Assembly (NCBI GenBank): GCA_965208125.1
Contig: OZ242320.1
Location: 5,024,001-5,088,000, forward strand
DNA length: 64,000 nucleotides
Origin: Candidatus Latescibacterota bacterium
GTDB lineage: Bacteria > Latescibacterota > UBA2968
Direction of reading: 5' to 3'
In this document: positions 28,214-38,149 of the stretch, piece after piece
How positions within the stretch are numbered: the first letter of the stretch is position 1
Layout: each line of letters starts with the position of its first letter
Program-made: the position numbers and the translations under genes
Notes under the pieces: generated by a model
The model's input: the letters and a program-made list of their open reading frames with translations, nothing else
Told to the model about the DNA's origin: nothing
Database searches by the model: none

Positions 28214-29085
28214 TGCGACCCCCGCCAACCGATATCAATACTCGTGTACCTATCAGTATATCGCTTCAAATGGTCCGGTATATTTTTCAAAAACCACTGG
28301 CCCGATTCCGGTATCTCCCACGGAATATCAATCCTGTGATTGCGATCTCTAAACCCAATTGCGCACGAAAGGCGTGTCTCGTCCAACCGATTGGGAAATG
28401 CGCCGTGGTACGTGCGGTGGGCAAATACAATCATATCTCCCCCATTTGTGAACAGAGGCACCAACCCCGGAATATCAAACCCCGCGTAGCGATGTTCTTC
28501 CTCACCTTCGGGATAAAACGAGCGTCGATCTGCCGTCAACTTAAATCCTTCGGGGCCTTCCCAGCCCTCCACATGAGAATCTTCGATCACGCACAGACCG
28601 CCGTGAACCGGGCGCGACCCCGTCAGATAAAACCACTTGCCCGACGGCCAGAGTCCGCGGTTCAACACATCTCCCGAGTTCAAAACTTTATTGGAAAAAC
28701 CGCACCAATCCGTATGCCACCCCACGGGCTGAGACCCCGACATGCGGATAATCGCCGCGGAACGATGGACGGTCATATCATCTGTCCCAATCAAATGTCG
28801 GTGAATATCCATGAATGGCTCGTATTCCAAAAGCTTCCATGCACCTGGTCCAGATTCGATCCACGCATGTCGCGTACGACTCTGTCCACCCTTTAACGTC
28901 CCGTCTGGATCTGTGCCGTCATATACTGCCTGTTTGAGCTTTTCGACAATCTCATCCGGCAACACATCTTTAACAATCGCAAATCCGTGCGCCTCCAGGC
29001 ATTCGGACATTGCATCGAGTTCATCTGTAGCAAACTCATAGCGATAGCCCAAGTCAGGCTTTTTAATATGTGAGTAGTCTGCCAT
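28210..29085 (-). CDS. Phytanoyl-CoA dioxygenase family Fe/2OG enzyme
   Basis: HGFAIVKDVL, WHTD, GGLCVIEDSH, GDMIVF...YHGAFPN. Confidence 0.8.
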   Translation of the reverse strand: MADYSHIKKPDLGYRYEFATDELDAMSECLEAHGFAIVKDVLPDEIVEKLKQAVYDGTDPDGTLKGGQSRTRHAWIESGPGAWKLLEYEPFMDIHRHLIGTDDMTVHRSAAIIRMSGSQPVGWHTDWCGFSNKVLNSGDVLNRGLWPSGKWFYLTGSRPVHGGLCVIEDSHVEGWEGPEGFKLTADRRSFYPEGEEEHRYAGFDIPGLVPLFTNGGDMIVFAHRTYHGAFPNRLDETRLSCAIGFRDRNHRIDIPWEIPESGQWFLKNIPDHLKRYTDRYTSIDIGWRGSQ

Positions 29086-29132
29086 TTTTTCCTCCATTGA
29101 TCGTATAAGCACCTTCCTACTCTGTGCGCTCC

Positions 29133-30146
29133 TTATCCAGGTGGATCAGAAGACAGGGCATTACCATCTGTCACCTGGCACCCGGCCAACAACACTTCTT
29201 GCACGGTCAAATCGTGTGCCTGAGAATAATCCGGTTCTTTCGCGCCATTCATACACGCCCTCAACTCCCTCAACAGTGTTGGAAAACTATCGGGAGGTTC
29301 AATCTCCAATTCCTGCCAGCCGCTCTGATACCCTTCTGCTTCCTCTTCTAAACACAAACTCAGATTATTGGAGCCAATGGGCGCGTGAAGCGCTGTTCCC
29401 AACGTCCCGTGTACCTCAATCCGCCGCGCCATACCCACCTGCATCGCGGCCATGTCAATCGTGCCAAGACCGCGTTCAAAATCGTGTACCACAACCGCAT
29501 TGTCAACGACAGTTCGTTTGCCATAATGTTTTCTGAGAATGGGATGTACATCTGTTGGACATCCCATCAGAGCTACCATAATATCTACGAGATGACCCGC
29601 CATCTCAAAATAAATACCCCCGTGATAAATGCCATTCTCTTCTTCCAGCTCTGTGCGCCAACTGTGGGGCTTTGGGATATGCCCGCGGTAAGCGTAAATA
29701 TCACCCAACACACCCAGCTTTGCCAATCGAATAATCTCGTGAACAGCCGGATTATAACGCCACATATAGGCCAAATTGAGGACCAATTGTTTGTCCGATG
29801 CCAATTTTTGGATGCGCTTAAACTGGTCCAGATTGACACCCGCGGGCTTTTCCAGCAAGACATGCTTGCCTGCGGTGAGTGCTTGTTCGGCATAATCTAA
29901 ATTCTGATAGACATGCCCTTCGACAATAACGGCATCGACCTCACTGTTTAACACCGCGTCAACCGAATCAAAAACGGGAATATCCAGCCCCTCTTCCGCA
30001 CTCTTTTCCCGCCTGATCGCAATCACTTCTGGATCGGGATCGTATAGGCCAATGAACTCAACCTCATCGGGCGATCGCGCAGCTTCGCGCAAGTGCATAC
30101 CCGTATGGCTGTGCCAACAACCCAAGAAAGCAACTTTTAATGCCAT
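29133..30146 (-). CDS. Gfo/Idh/MocA oxidoreductase
   Basis: ALTAGKHVLLEKP, EMAGHLVD. Confidence 0.88.
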   Translation of the reverse strand: MALKVAFLGCWHSHTGMHLREAARSPDEVEFIGLYDPDPEVIAIRREKSAEEGLDIPVFDSVDAVLNSEVDAVIVEGHVYQNLDYAEQALTAGKHVLLEKPAGVNLDQFKRIQKLASDKQLVLNLAYMWRYNPAVHEIIRLAKLGVLGDIYAYRGHIPKPHSWRTELEEENGIYHGGIYFEMAGHLVDIMVALMGCPTDVHPILRKHYGKRTVVDNAVVVHDFERGLGTIDMAAMQVGMARRIEVHGTLGTALHAPIGSNNLSLCLEEEAEGYQSGWQELEIEPPDSFPTLLRELRACMNGAKEPDYSQAHDLTVQEVLLAGCQVTDGNALSSDPPG

Positions 30147-30160
30147 AGAAAACCCCTTTG

Positions 30161-32854
30161 CTATTTCATTTCAAAATCTCCTGGTCCAACCGCACGGTGT
30201 TCCCCCCCCCCATCTCGAATGGTCACAAACGCCGATGTCCGAATCTGCAACTGCACTGTGCCCTCAATTTCCCGAAGCGGAAAAAAGCAATGCGCCATTC
30301 CCGTATTTGTAATGCGAAAACCGGGATCGTCTTTGAGAATGATCTCCCTACCCACCACGCGTTGAACGCGCAACCCGCGCGTTGTACCATCGCCAAATGT
30401 CACCACAGCAACAGCGCCATCTATATCACCCATTTCAGGCACACCATTCACGACCAATGCCTGGTACGGCGCACCATCCTCTATTCGCAATACATCTGTA
30501 ACCTGCCCCGTATAGATACCGCCACCTGTTAATTGCGCTGTTTTCCATTGCACCTTCTCCCCGCCCCATAAACCCAGAACTCGCGCCTCACCATCCTGTT
30601 CACGCACAAAACCAACTTCGCCTTGAAATGAAAGATCGCCCATGCGAAAAACTTCTGTCCCTGGTTGCAGGACAATATGATCCGTACCCTCCCGATGGCG
30701 CACTTTCAGGTACACGCCACGCTCGCCAATATCTACCACCTCAACAGAATCGATAAACGCCTTATCCCGAAATGGTTCGTGAACAGCCATGAATCGACTC
30801 GGTGATTGACCTTTTTCTCGAACCATCAACATGGGCATGCGAAAGCGATCAATCAGTGTTTCATCTTCATCTGCACGCCGCACAGAGGGCGCGTCCCCCA
30901 CAAAAAGTTTGCTGTCCTTCAATCCTACAAGATGAATACGCACGGCAACATCATCACCGTGAAAGGTGACACGCCCATCCTCTGCATGATCGCTATGTAA
31001 CACATTCTGAAAAAATGCAAGCGCGACATTCCGCCCCTCTGCATCCCCCTGGTCGCGCTCGTGTTCTGGGAATCGTACCTTCACACCCGGTAACAAATTT
31101 TCACCATAGTGCTGCAAAGGCACATTGGCCTCTGTCCGCATATCGCCATCCGCGCTTCCGTGCATTACCCAATCGCGCTGATCGCCGCCCCGAACGCGAA
31201 ACAGATCGATTACATAGTGATCCTCTCCTCCCGCATTTACAAGCATGACCAGACGCCGATATTCTTCGGCAAGCTCGGGATACACACCTTCCCCACTCGC
31301 TTCTACCCATTGTACCGGGTCATAAGCGGCTTCAAACGCCAGCAAAGAGCCATCTATAATACCTTTTCGGTTGGAGCGTTCCTGTTCTTCTTCATCGATC
31401 AACACAGTGTTGTGGCACAAGGTGCTGACCGTCCAACTTCGGTATTGGGTATGGGTATAGCCCACATCGGAGAGCAGTTCCTGTCCCCTGGCAAAAAGCA
31501 TCAGATTCAAATTATCCGCATGGGCATGTCCATAAGCCCCCGAAAAGTGCAGATGCACCTGCACCTGATGTTCGCCTTTTCCCCTCCCCAACCAGGCATG
31601 CCCAACGCCCGACAGCAGTGTCGAATGCGATTGTTCAAGCGGTTTGACATTGGGATCAACCCGCCGACTATCCCGATATGCCCAGGCATCGTGCATGGGA
31701 ATCCATCGCCCATCGGGATACCTGCAAATATCCAGAAGCCGACTTGCCTTTTTTACAATGGCAATATCGCGCTCCAAATCGAGATTGTCATATCCCACGC
31801 CATCATCCGATACATAACCCAATGGGTCGGAATACCCTTTCAGCGCATCAAATACCACTTGCATACCCGCCATTGTCATTCGGTGATACCCCAAACTGCC
31901 CTCGTGCCAGAATCCATCCGCATAAAACTGGCTCTCAAACAGACCAATACTGCGACGAACCGCTTCATGTACCAGTTTGGGATCGCCCAAAACGCGGCCA
32001 ATCACCGCATACCCGCGATAGATATGGGGACTCGCATTCGTATAGAGAATCCCGTGATATCTATCCTGCCGAATGGCCCCGCGAAAGAAATCGTCCTCAA
32101 TCCGCTTTTTTACATCTACCCCAACCGCATCGGACAATCGCTCCAGTTCACCACTCGTATAAATCGCATCATAGGCCATAACCAGATTGGTCGGCATTTC
32201 ATCGTGCCGCCACCGCCCCCACTTTCCCCCATTATTTGGATAGGGCGGTTCAAACACAAATCCCTTTTGTTCGTGTGGCCGGTCATAACTCACCAGAAAA
32301 CCCGGATAATACCGCGCGAATGCATCCAGAATCAGCGCCGCGCGTCGCGCATACGTCGCATCTCCTGTTGCCTGGTACAATTCTCCCAAATCTTCGGCAA
32401 TCGCCGCAAAATACACACGCGCTTCTCGCCACGCCTTTGCCCGAAAGTAATACCGAAATCCCGTCTCGTCTTCCCAAAATGGATATGTCACCGTCTCCCC
32501 CACCGGATTGACGACCGTTAGTATCTGGTCATCGGGATACGCCTCATTGGGAAACACCATCTCGCAATAGCGGCACTGCACGCGATGTGGATCTCTGATT
32601 GACCACCGCAACTGCCCCTCCTGAGCACCCGCATCACAATCGGGACATCCCACAAATCGAAACCCCGTCTTATCGGGGATCAACGCCACCATCTCCGCTT
32701 CAGAAAAAGCCATCACTGTTCGCACGCGCCGTTTCAAACGCGCGACTTCCTTCTCGGTTAAGCTCACCTGGTAAACCGGGCGTTCAATGGCTTGCATAGC
32801 CGATACTCCTGTGAAAATTTGTATGGTAATTAGAAGAAATATACGTATTGACAT
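30161..32854 (-). CDS. Heparinase II/III family protein, probably secreted
   Basis: Signal-like N-terminus, DGFWHEGSLGYH, GHAHADNLN, SDVGY, CHNTVLID; N-terminal CPDC/CRYC pair. Confidence 0.82.
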   Translation of the reverse strand: MSIRIFLLITIQIFTGVSAMQAIERPVYQVSLTEKEVARLKRRVRTVMAFSEAEMVALIPDKTGFRFVGCPDCDAGAQEGQLRWSIRDPHRVQCRYCEMVFPNEAYPDDQILTVVNPVGETVTYPFWEDETGFRYYFRAKAWREARVYFAAIAEDLGELYQATGDATYARRAALILDAFARYYPGFLVSYDRPHEQKGFVFEPPYPNNGGKWGRWRHDEMPTNLVMAYDAIYTSGELERLSDAVGVDVKKRIEDDFFRGAIRQDRYHGILYTNASPHIYRGYAVIGRVLGDPKLVHEAVRRSIGLFESQFYADGFWHEGSLGYHRMTMAGMQVVFDALKGYSDPLGYVSDDGVGYDNLDLERDIAIVKKASRLLDICRYPDGRWIPMHDAWAYRDSRRVDPNVKPLEQSHSTLLSGVGHAWLGRGKGEHQVQVHLHFSGAYGHAHADNLNLMLFARGQELLSDVGYTHTQYRSWTVSTLCHNTVLIDEEEQERSNRKGIIDGSLLAFEAAYDPVQWVEASGEGVYPELAEEYRRLVMLVNAGGEDHYVIDLFRVRGGDQRDWVMHGSADGDMRTEANVPLQHYGENLLPGVKVRFPEHERDQGDAEGRNVALAFFQNVLHSDHAEDGRVTFHGDDVAVRIHLVGLKDSKLFVGDAPSVRRADEDETLIDRFRMPMLMVREKGQSPSRFMAVHEPFRDKAFIDSVEVVDIGERGVYLKVRHREGTDHIVLQPGTEVFRMGDLSFQGEVGFVREQDGEARVLGLWGGEKVQWKTAQLTGGGIYTGQVTDVLRIEDGAPYQALVVNGVPEMGDIDGAVAVVTFGDGTTRGLRVQRVVGREIILKDDPGFRITNTGMAHCFFPLREIEGTVQLQIRTSAFVTIRDGGGEHRAVGPGDFEMK

Positions 32855-32855
32855 T

Positions 32856-34148
32856 TTAATTTTCACCCTCATCCAAACGCGCGCGAAACCTGGGCAAAAG
32901 AGCTGTTACCAGGGCGGTTGTAACCAGGGCGACACTGGTGTGCAAGCCGAGGGCGATAGGCGCGCCATAAACTTCGGTGAGTTTGCCAATTTGCAGGCTA
33001 CCAAGCGGTCCTGCGCCAATGGCGAGGACGAGAGTACCCATTGCGCGGTCTCTCATATCATCGCGGGCAGCGATAAGCATAATTGAGCTTTGCATCACGG
33101 TAAAAAATGCATGCCCCAGGCCGGCAAGTATGAGAAGAAAGATGGCGAGTGGAAATGCAACCGACGTGCCGAACAGAGTAAGCGCACCAACCCAGGACGT
33201 GCTAAAGGCAAAGACAAACAGCGCAAGAGACTGGAAAAGAGATCCAGCGGAAAATATCCAACCGCGACTGAGGCGCGAGCGCAACACACTGACCGCGTAA
33301 AGGCCAAAAAACGCCCCAATACCATTGCACGCGCCCAGCACACCGTATTCAAGTGGCCCCTTGTGAAGAATATCGTGTGTAAAAATGGGCAGGATGATCT
33401 GGTAGGGAAACGCCAGAAAATTCATGATTACGGTAATGAGTAGCGTCCCCATAATCGGCTGACTGGTACGTATGTATTGCAAGCCTTCGCGCATCAGCGT
33501 CCACGGAGAGGTTTTGAGAATCGCGGGATGACGCGGCACTTTGACACGCAGCATGACCAGGAATGAAATAAGGGAGATGAAAAAAATAGTGATATAACAG
33601 TCCAGTACGCCAAATAAAGCGTAAATATATCCGCTCAAAAAAGGACCAATCATGCGAGCGATATTTTGGGTAACGCTTTCGAGCATCATCGCTTCAACTG
33701 TGCGCTGCTTGCCGACCAGATCGGGCACCAGGGCGCGGCGAGCAGTCCAATTGAGAGACCACGAGATGCCAAATAACACCGCGCCAATCGCAAGATGCCA
33801 GAATGCCAGTCGGTTGGTCCAGATCAACATGCCTATCGTTGCGAGGACCAGTACGCTGAGCCACTGCGAAAAAATCACGATGCGAACGCGCCCAACGCTA
33901 TTGATCACTGGCCCGGCGATAAAACCGATGAGCACCAGAGGGATAGATCGGTAAAATCCAATCAGTGCGACGTCAAATGCAGAGTGGGTAATCTCAAAAA
34001 CGAGCCATCCCACGACAATCATTTCCATCCACATGGCCTGCCACCAGAGCATATTGCTCAGGATCAGGTAGCGAAAGCCGCGATTGCCCAAAGGGGCAAG
34101 AGACCCTCGAAAGGAAATGACAAATTTTCCCGTTCTTCTGATGCGCAT
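32856..34148 (-). CDS. MFS transporter
   Basis: About 12 TM helices, ARRALVPDLV, ARMIGP, MRDRAMG. Confidence 0.9.
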   Translation of the reverse strand: MRIRRTGKFVISFRGSLAPLGNRGFRYLILSNMLWWQAMWMEMIVVGWLVFEITHSAFDVALIGFYRSIPLVLIGFIAGPVINSVGRVRIVIFSQWLSVLVLATIGMLIWTNRLAFWHLAIGAVLFGISWSLNWTARRALVPDLVGKQRTVEAMMLESVTQNIARMIGPFLSGYIYALFGVLDCYITIFFISLISFLVMLRVKVPRHPAILKTSPWTLMREGLQYIRTSQPIMGTLLITVIMNFLAFPYQIILPIFTHDILHKGPLEYGVLGACNGIGAFFGLYAVSVLRSRLSRGWIFSAGSLFQSLALFVFAFSTSWVGALTLFGTSVAFPLAIFLLILAGLGHAFFTVMQSSIMLIAARDDMRDRAMGTLVLAIGAGPLGSLQIGKLTEVYGAPIALGLHTSVALVTTALVTALLPRFRARLDEGEN

Positions 34149-34224
34149 AGCCGAGTTTCAAACTCAAAATAATCCAATTTTCAGAGTGTGGAGAATGTCA
34201 CCGATCGCAATAGCCTCTGCTCTT

Positions 34225-34797
34225 TTACCGCCCAATCTCAAAATCACGCGCCACCGCCCGTGCCATGGTCACGAGCACATCGCTATCGATGCGCTCGCGA
34301 TAATTGGGATTAATATATTGAAATTGGATCTTGCGATTGGGTGCTATCACAAAGACCGACGGCACGGGCAAAGAGCGTTTTCTATTGTTCGTAAACACAA
34401 CGCCATAAGCCTTTGCTGCCTCAAATTCCACATCGGATAATAGCGCAAAATCGAGGCCCACGCGATCGCGCACCTCAGCCAATTTTTCAGGCGGGTCGGG
34501 CGCAATAGCAATAATTTCAAAACCCAAACCATCCAACTGTGACTTCAGTTCTTGCAGTTGTCCCAACTGCCGTCGGCAATGCGGTCACCAGTATCCGCGA
34601 TAAAAAATCAGAATCGTCGGTTTCTTGTGCGCACCCAGGTCAAAATCCCGTCCACTCGCATCGACGAGCGTCAGCGCGGGAACTTCATCGCCAACCATCA
34701 AGGGACGCACCTTATTCGGCGCATCGGGCAATTGCGCGTGCCCCCATCCAAAAGTACCAAACACCACCAACAACGCGATCCAGATTATTTTTTTCAT
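34225..34797 (-). CDS. Secreted AhpC/TSA (peroxiredoxin-like) selenoprotein, UxxC motif
   Basis: ORFs 34585-34917 and 34225-34566 are in the same frame across TGA 34585-34587, giving FYRGYW-U-PHCRRQL; signal peptide MKKIIWIALL with RBS AGGAGG; C-terminal PVPSVFVI. Confidence 0.85.
34554..34570 (-). promoter_or_regulatory. Putative bacterial SECIS hairpin
   Basis: GCAGTTG-GGA-CAACTGC starting 14 nt 3' of the in-frame TGA. Confidence 0.65.
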
Positions 34798-34913
34798 AAA
34801 AACCTCCTGTATATTAACATAAGCGGTCAGTTCATCTATCCCTTCTCCGAGTTCTTGAAACTGCTGGTGAGGCGTCGCAGTTGTACACCGTCCGTACCTT
34901 TGTGTAACTCCTT

Positions 34914-36440
34914 TCACTTATCTGAGAAAAGTAGTAATTGATCAACTTCTGGCTCTCCCAATGATAGAATCTTCCTGATCTTCCCCGGCTGCGCCCAGTT
35001 GCTTTTTCCCTCTCCGTTGAGTTGTCTCAACAAAGCGGGAATACCCGGATGTTGAAGTGCAGAACAAACTCGTCTGGCATCGGCCTCATTCCAACAGGGA
35101 ATAAACGCTTGCAGGGCCTGGTTTGCTTGCCACACTTGCCCCTTCTCACTGCTCAAGATTATGGGATGAAAATCGCTCTTACCATAAGCCTCCCAAATAA
35201 CCTTATAGGACGCAAAAGAATACGGGCCAACGCCGAGCAACGACCACCAGACGCCTTTGGCAATGGCAGATCGGATCAAAGTGCCTTTCCGGCCTTCAAG
35301 TTTGTCTTTAACCTCAATAAGATATTGTTTGAGATCGGCATATTGCTCAATGGTATCCCACGAAAGCGGTTGTCCTGTATCTCTATTATAGGGAAGCAAA
35401 ACCCATTTATGCGGAACCCCGTCCCCATTCTTCCAGATCTCCTTTGTCGCGAGCGGAAATAGGAACTCCTCTGGCAGGTACGCTGGCTTATCCTCGAACA
35501 TGAAAATCGCATTTGCACCACACGTATTCACGCCCTGACGCGGTTTTTGGTCAGAAGACAGTTCGACTGTTATGGGGCTCTCGAGATCCTCTGTATCCCC
35601 GCGTTGAAGAACCCGCCACTGATCATCAGGGACCTTTAGGGGAACCGCACGGTGTTCAATCCACTCTCCTCCTCGCTCTCTGAAATACCTGACGGGGAAT
35701 TTATGCGGCACATCCATGCAAAACTTAGCACAGCAGTACGATGTGCCTATCCCTTCGAACACTTTTGTCGTGGTAAATTCACAGACCTCATCCACCGCAA
35801 ATCTCCGATGGTTCGCAATATAGTCTCTGAACCCTTTATGGGCATCGCCACCCGAGAAAAGAGAAAGTGGCAGATAGAAACACCCTATCCCATTCTCACG
35901 CAGTAAGTTGCCCAGCACAACCTTCAATACCAAAGCCGCTATATCGGTGCGAGAGGAACCGAGAAGAACCTGTTTTTTATCAGGAACCAGACCTTCTGAT
36001 TCAAAATAAGGCTTGAGTTTTTCCTTATATGAATCGCACAGATCCGTGAAATTTGCCCACGGCGGGTTGCCGAACAAGATGTCGTAATCGGTATTCGGAG
36101 GATTAGTAATCACATCTAAAGCGAGAAGTTGCGATGAGGGAAAATCAATCGCGAATTTCTGACGCGCTTTGTGCTGAAATGCTTGGAGATGCGACGACTC
36201 TACCTCTATCAAAGTCAGCCCCGAAAGAAGCTCTGGCGAAACCCGAACGCCTCTTGATCTGGCGAGACGGAACAGCGCGAGCGCGAAAGCGCCCTGTCCT
36301 GCAGTCGGGTCACAAATAGAAGCCCCATCAATCCACGCATCGAAAATACCCCACCGCTCGATAAGCCATTCTGCCCATTTAATCGGAGTAAAGACCTGCC
36401 CGACTTCAACGACGTGAGAATGTGAAATATTTGTATCCAT
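34914..36440 (-). CDS. Type II amino-DNA methyltransferase (gamma-class motif order)
   Basis: GQVFTP, CDPTAGQGAF (motif I), FGNPPW (motif IV), C-terminal TRD-like region. Confidence 0.88.
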   Translation of the reverse strand: MDTNISHSHVVEVGQVFTPIKWAEWLIERWGIFDAWIDGASICDPTAGQGAFALALFRLARSRGVRVSPELLSGLTLIEVESSHLQAFQHKARQKFAIDFPSSQLLALDVITNPPNTDYDILFGNPPWANFTDLCDSYKEKLKPYFESEGLVPDKKQVLLGSSRTDIAALVLKVVLGNLLRENGIGCFYLPLSLFSGGDAHKGFRDYIANHRRFAVDEVCEFTTTKVFEGIGTSYCCAKFCMDVPHKFPVRYFRERGGEWIEHRAVPLKVPDDQWRVLQRGDTEDLESPITVELSSDQKPRQGVNTCGANAIFMFEDKPAYLPEEFLFPLATKEIWKNGDGVPHKWVLLPYNRDTGQPLSWDTIEQYADLKQYLIEVKDKLEGRKGTLIRSAIAKGVWWSLLGVGPYSFASYKVIWEAYGKSDFHPIILSSEKGQVWQANQALQAFIPCWNEADARRVCSALQHPGIPALLRQLNGEGKSNWAQPGKIRKILSLGEPEVDQLLLFSDK

Positions 36441-37077
36441 TATTCCTAAACTCTTCTAGTGATGCGATTCGCTTCATGGCGTCACTACTTACTCTCAGGT
36501 AATGCCGAATCGCAAGATTAATAAATAGCTCATAAAATTCCGTGATATCCCGATCCCAAGCGATTTCATCCCAAACTTGATTGACTGTGTAGTTGAGACG
36601 GACCTGACCAGTGCCAAGATTCTCGATTCTGTAGGCATCTTGAGGAAGCATGATGAAAGGTACAACACGGATGTATTCAATATCACGCGTGTTGCTTCGT
36701 TCTGACGACTTGTTGTGTCCAAACTCGGCGATCAGAAAGACTCCATTGTCATTGGCTAGAAACTTGAGAAGGTTTCCAACAGCACAGATACCTCCATCAG
36801 AATAGCGGGTCGAGTCCAAGTCCTTAGTCTTAACATCGATACCAACAAGAAAACCAGCCTCTTGAAAGGCGAAGTCAAAGATAGTACGTCTGCCTGGTCG
36901 ATCGAGAGCAGTATAACCAAGTTCTGAGCAGATACGCTCCCAGTTGTCAGTGATTCTTTTCTCGATCATCGCACCGAAGGCTCGGGAATCTTCGCGCTCG
37001 GATATGCCCGAGCGTAATTCCCCAAAAAGGTCAGATAGCTTTCCCTCAACTTCATCAGATACTATTTTTAGATCCAT
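36406..37077 (-). CDS. Putative type II restriction endonuclease (PD-(D/E)XK)
   Basis: RAFGAMIE...RTIFDFAF...IDVKTKD; overlaps the MTase start. Confidence 0.7.
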   Translation of the reverse strand: MDLKIVSDEVEGKLSDLFGELRSGISEREDSRAFGAMIEKRITDNWERICSELGYTALDRPGRRTIFDFAFQEAGFLVGIDVKTKDLDSTRYSDGGICAVGNLLKFLANDNGVFLIAEFGHNKSSERSNTRDIEYIRVVPFIMLPQDAYRIENLGTGQVRLNYTVNQVWDEIAWDRDITEFYELFINLAIRHYLRVSSDAMKRIASLEEFRNNGYKYFTFSRR

Positions 37078-37387
37078 GGCTACCCCTTTCATCATTTAAA
37101 TACGCATAAATACGCACATACTCGTATGTCAAAATCCAAACCGATTATACCCGCATGATAAATACCTGTCAACCGATTTGTAAAATTATCACCCGTTGTC
37201 CAAACTTCAGTAATATTATCCAAAATCAAGAAAACTTTTTGAGTTATGAAACGTCTATTGTAATAGAAAAAACACTTGACAAGCTTTATTCCTTGTTTCA
37301 CCTTGTTGCCGACTTTCTTCTTTCTATTCCAATCATAAGCTATTTTTTTAAATTTTCAAAAAATATTCATTTGTCTTTCATTAAACC

Positions 37388-38149
37388 ATGGAACAGCGAT
37401 ATCTTGATGACTTTTGGCAGATTGAAAGGCTGAGATTTACAGCCTTCATCCGGCCAGAGGCCGATACTCAATCTTACAAGTCTTGGATAGACCTTTTGGG
37501 GGAAGAGCCAGACAGGTTTTTCTTTTCCAAAAAAGAGAATCAGCTACAGGGAGAAGGTATATTCAACAATGGTAAACTTATTTCTCAGGTCCAACCGAAT
37601 CGATTTGACTGGCATTTTAGTTTTTTAGAAGCAGAGAAAGAAATTGAGGTAAAGGGAGAGAAAGCAGCAAAAATCTTACAAGAGCCTAATTTTCTAACGG
37701 TCGGGCCATTAAAAGAAGAAATCGTAAATCCTTTTAAGGAGTTGATGTTTTTCTGGCTGGAAGGTAGCGAGCAGATCATCAGATTGGCGTTTGGTGCAGT
37801 TTTACTGTGGAGAGTAGAAGACCAAACTGCCGGATATAAGAAGATCAACCGTTTTCTTCCCAACATCCATATAGATGTTGAATCCAGAGATTTTTTCTAC
37901 CAAATAAACCGACGTAGGCTCTCCAGAACAAAAATTTCAAGACTAGAGATCAATAGGCTTAGTAAGTGGTCTGTGGCGCGATTATTTCGTAGAGAAGCCA
38001 CATCTGGAAGTTCTGCATGTCGATTGGAACTGGATATTAACACAATTCAGGAGTTCGAAGAAACACTGCCAGTCAATAAATTATCAGATATTTTTCAGGA
38101 ATTACTTGATTTAGGAGTAGAAATCGCCCAGAAAGGGGACATACCATGA
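37388..38149 (+). CDS. Hypothetical protein, first gene of a three-gene HEPN operon
   Basis: 253-aa AT-rich ORF; IIRLAFG and RLELDINT motifs loosely recall TIGR04255-like proteins (unverified). Confidence 0.7.
   Translation: MEQRYLDDFWQIERLRFTAFIRPEADTQSYKSWIDLLGEEPDRFFFSKKENQLQGEGIFNNGKLISQVQPNRFDWHFSFLEAEKEIEVKGEKAAKILQEPNFLTVGPLKEEIVNPFKELMFFWLEGSEQIIRLAFGAVLLWRVEDQTAGYKKINRFLPNIHIDVESRDFFYQINRRRLSRTKISRLEINRLSKWSVARLFRREATSGSSACRLELDINTIQEFEETLPVNKLSDIFQELLDLGVEIAQKGDIP

Noticed and set aside
31109-32521. 470-aa plus-strand ORF
   Set aside because: Antisense shadow of the heparinase gene with no recognisable motifs.
34798-34917. N-terminal 40 aa of ORF 34585-34917
   Set aside because: The RBS and signal peptide indicate a start at 34797; the extension is not protein-like.
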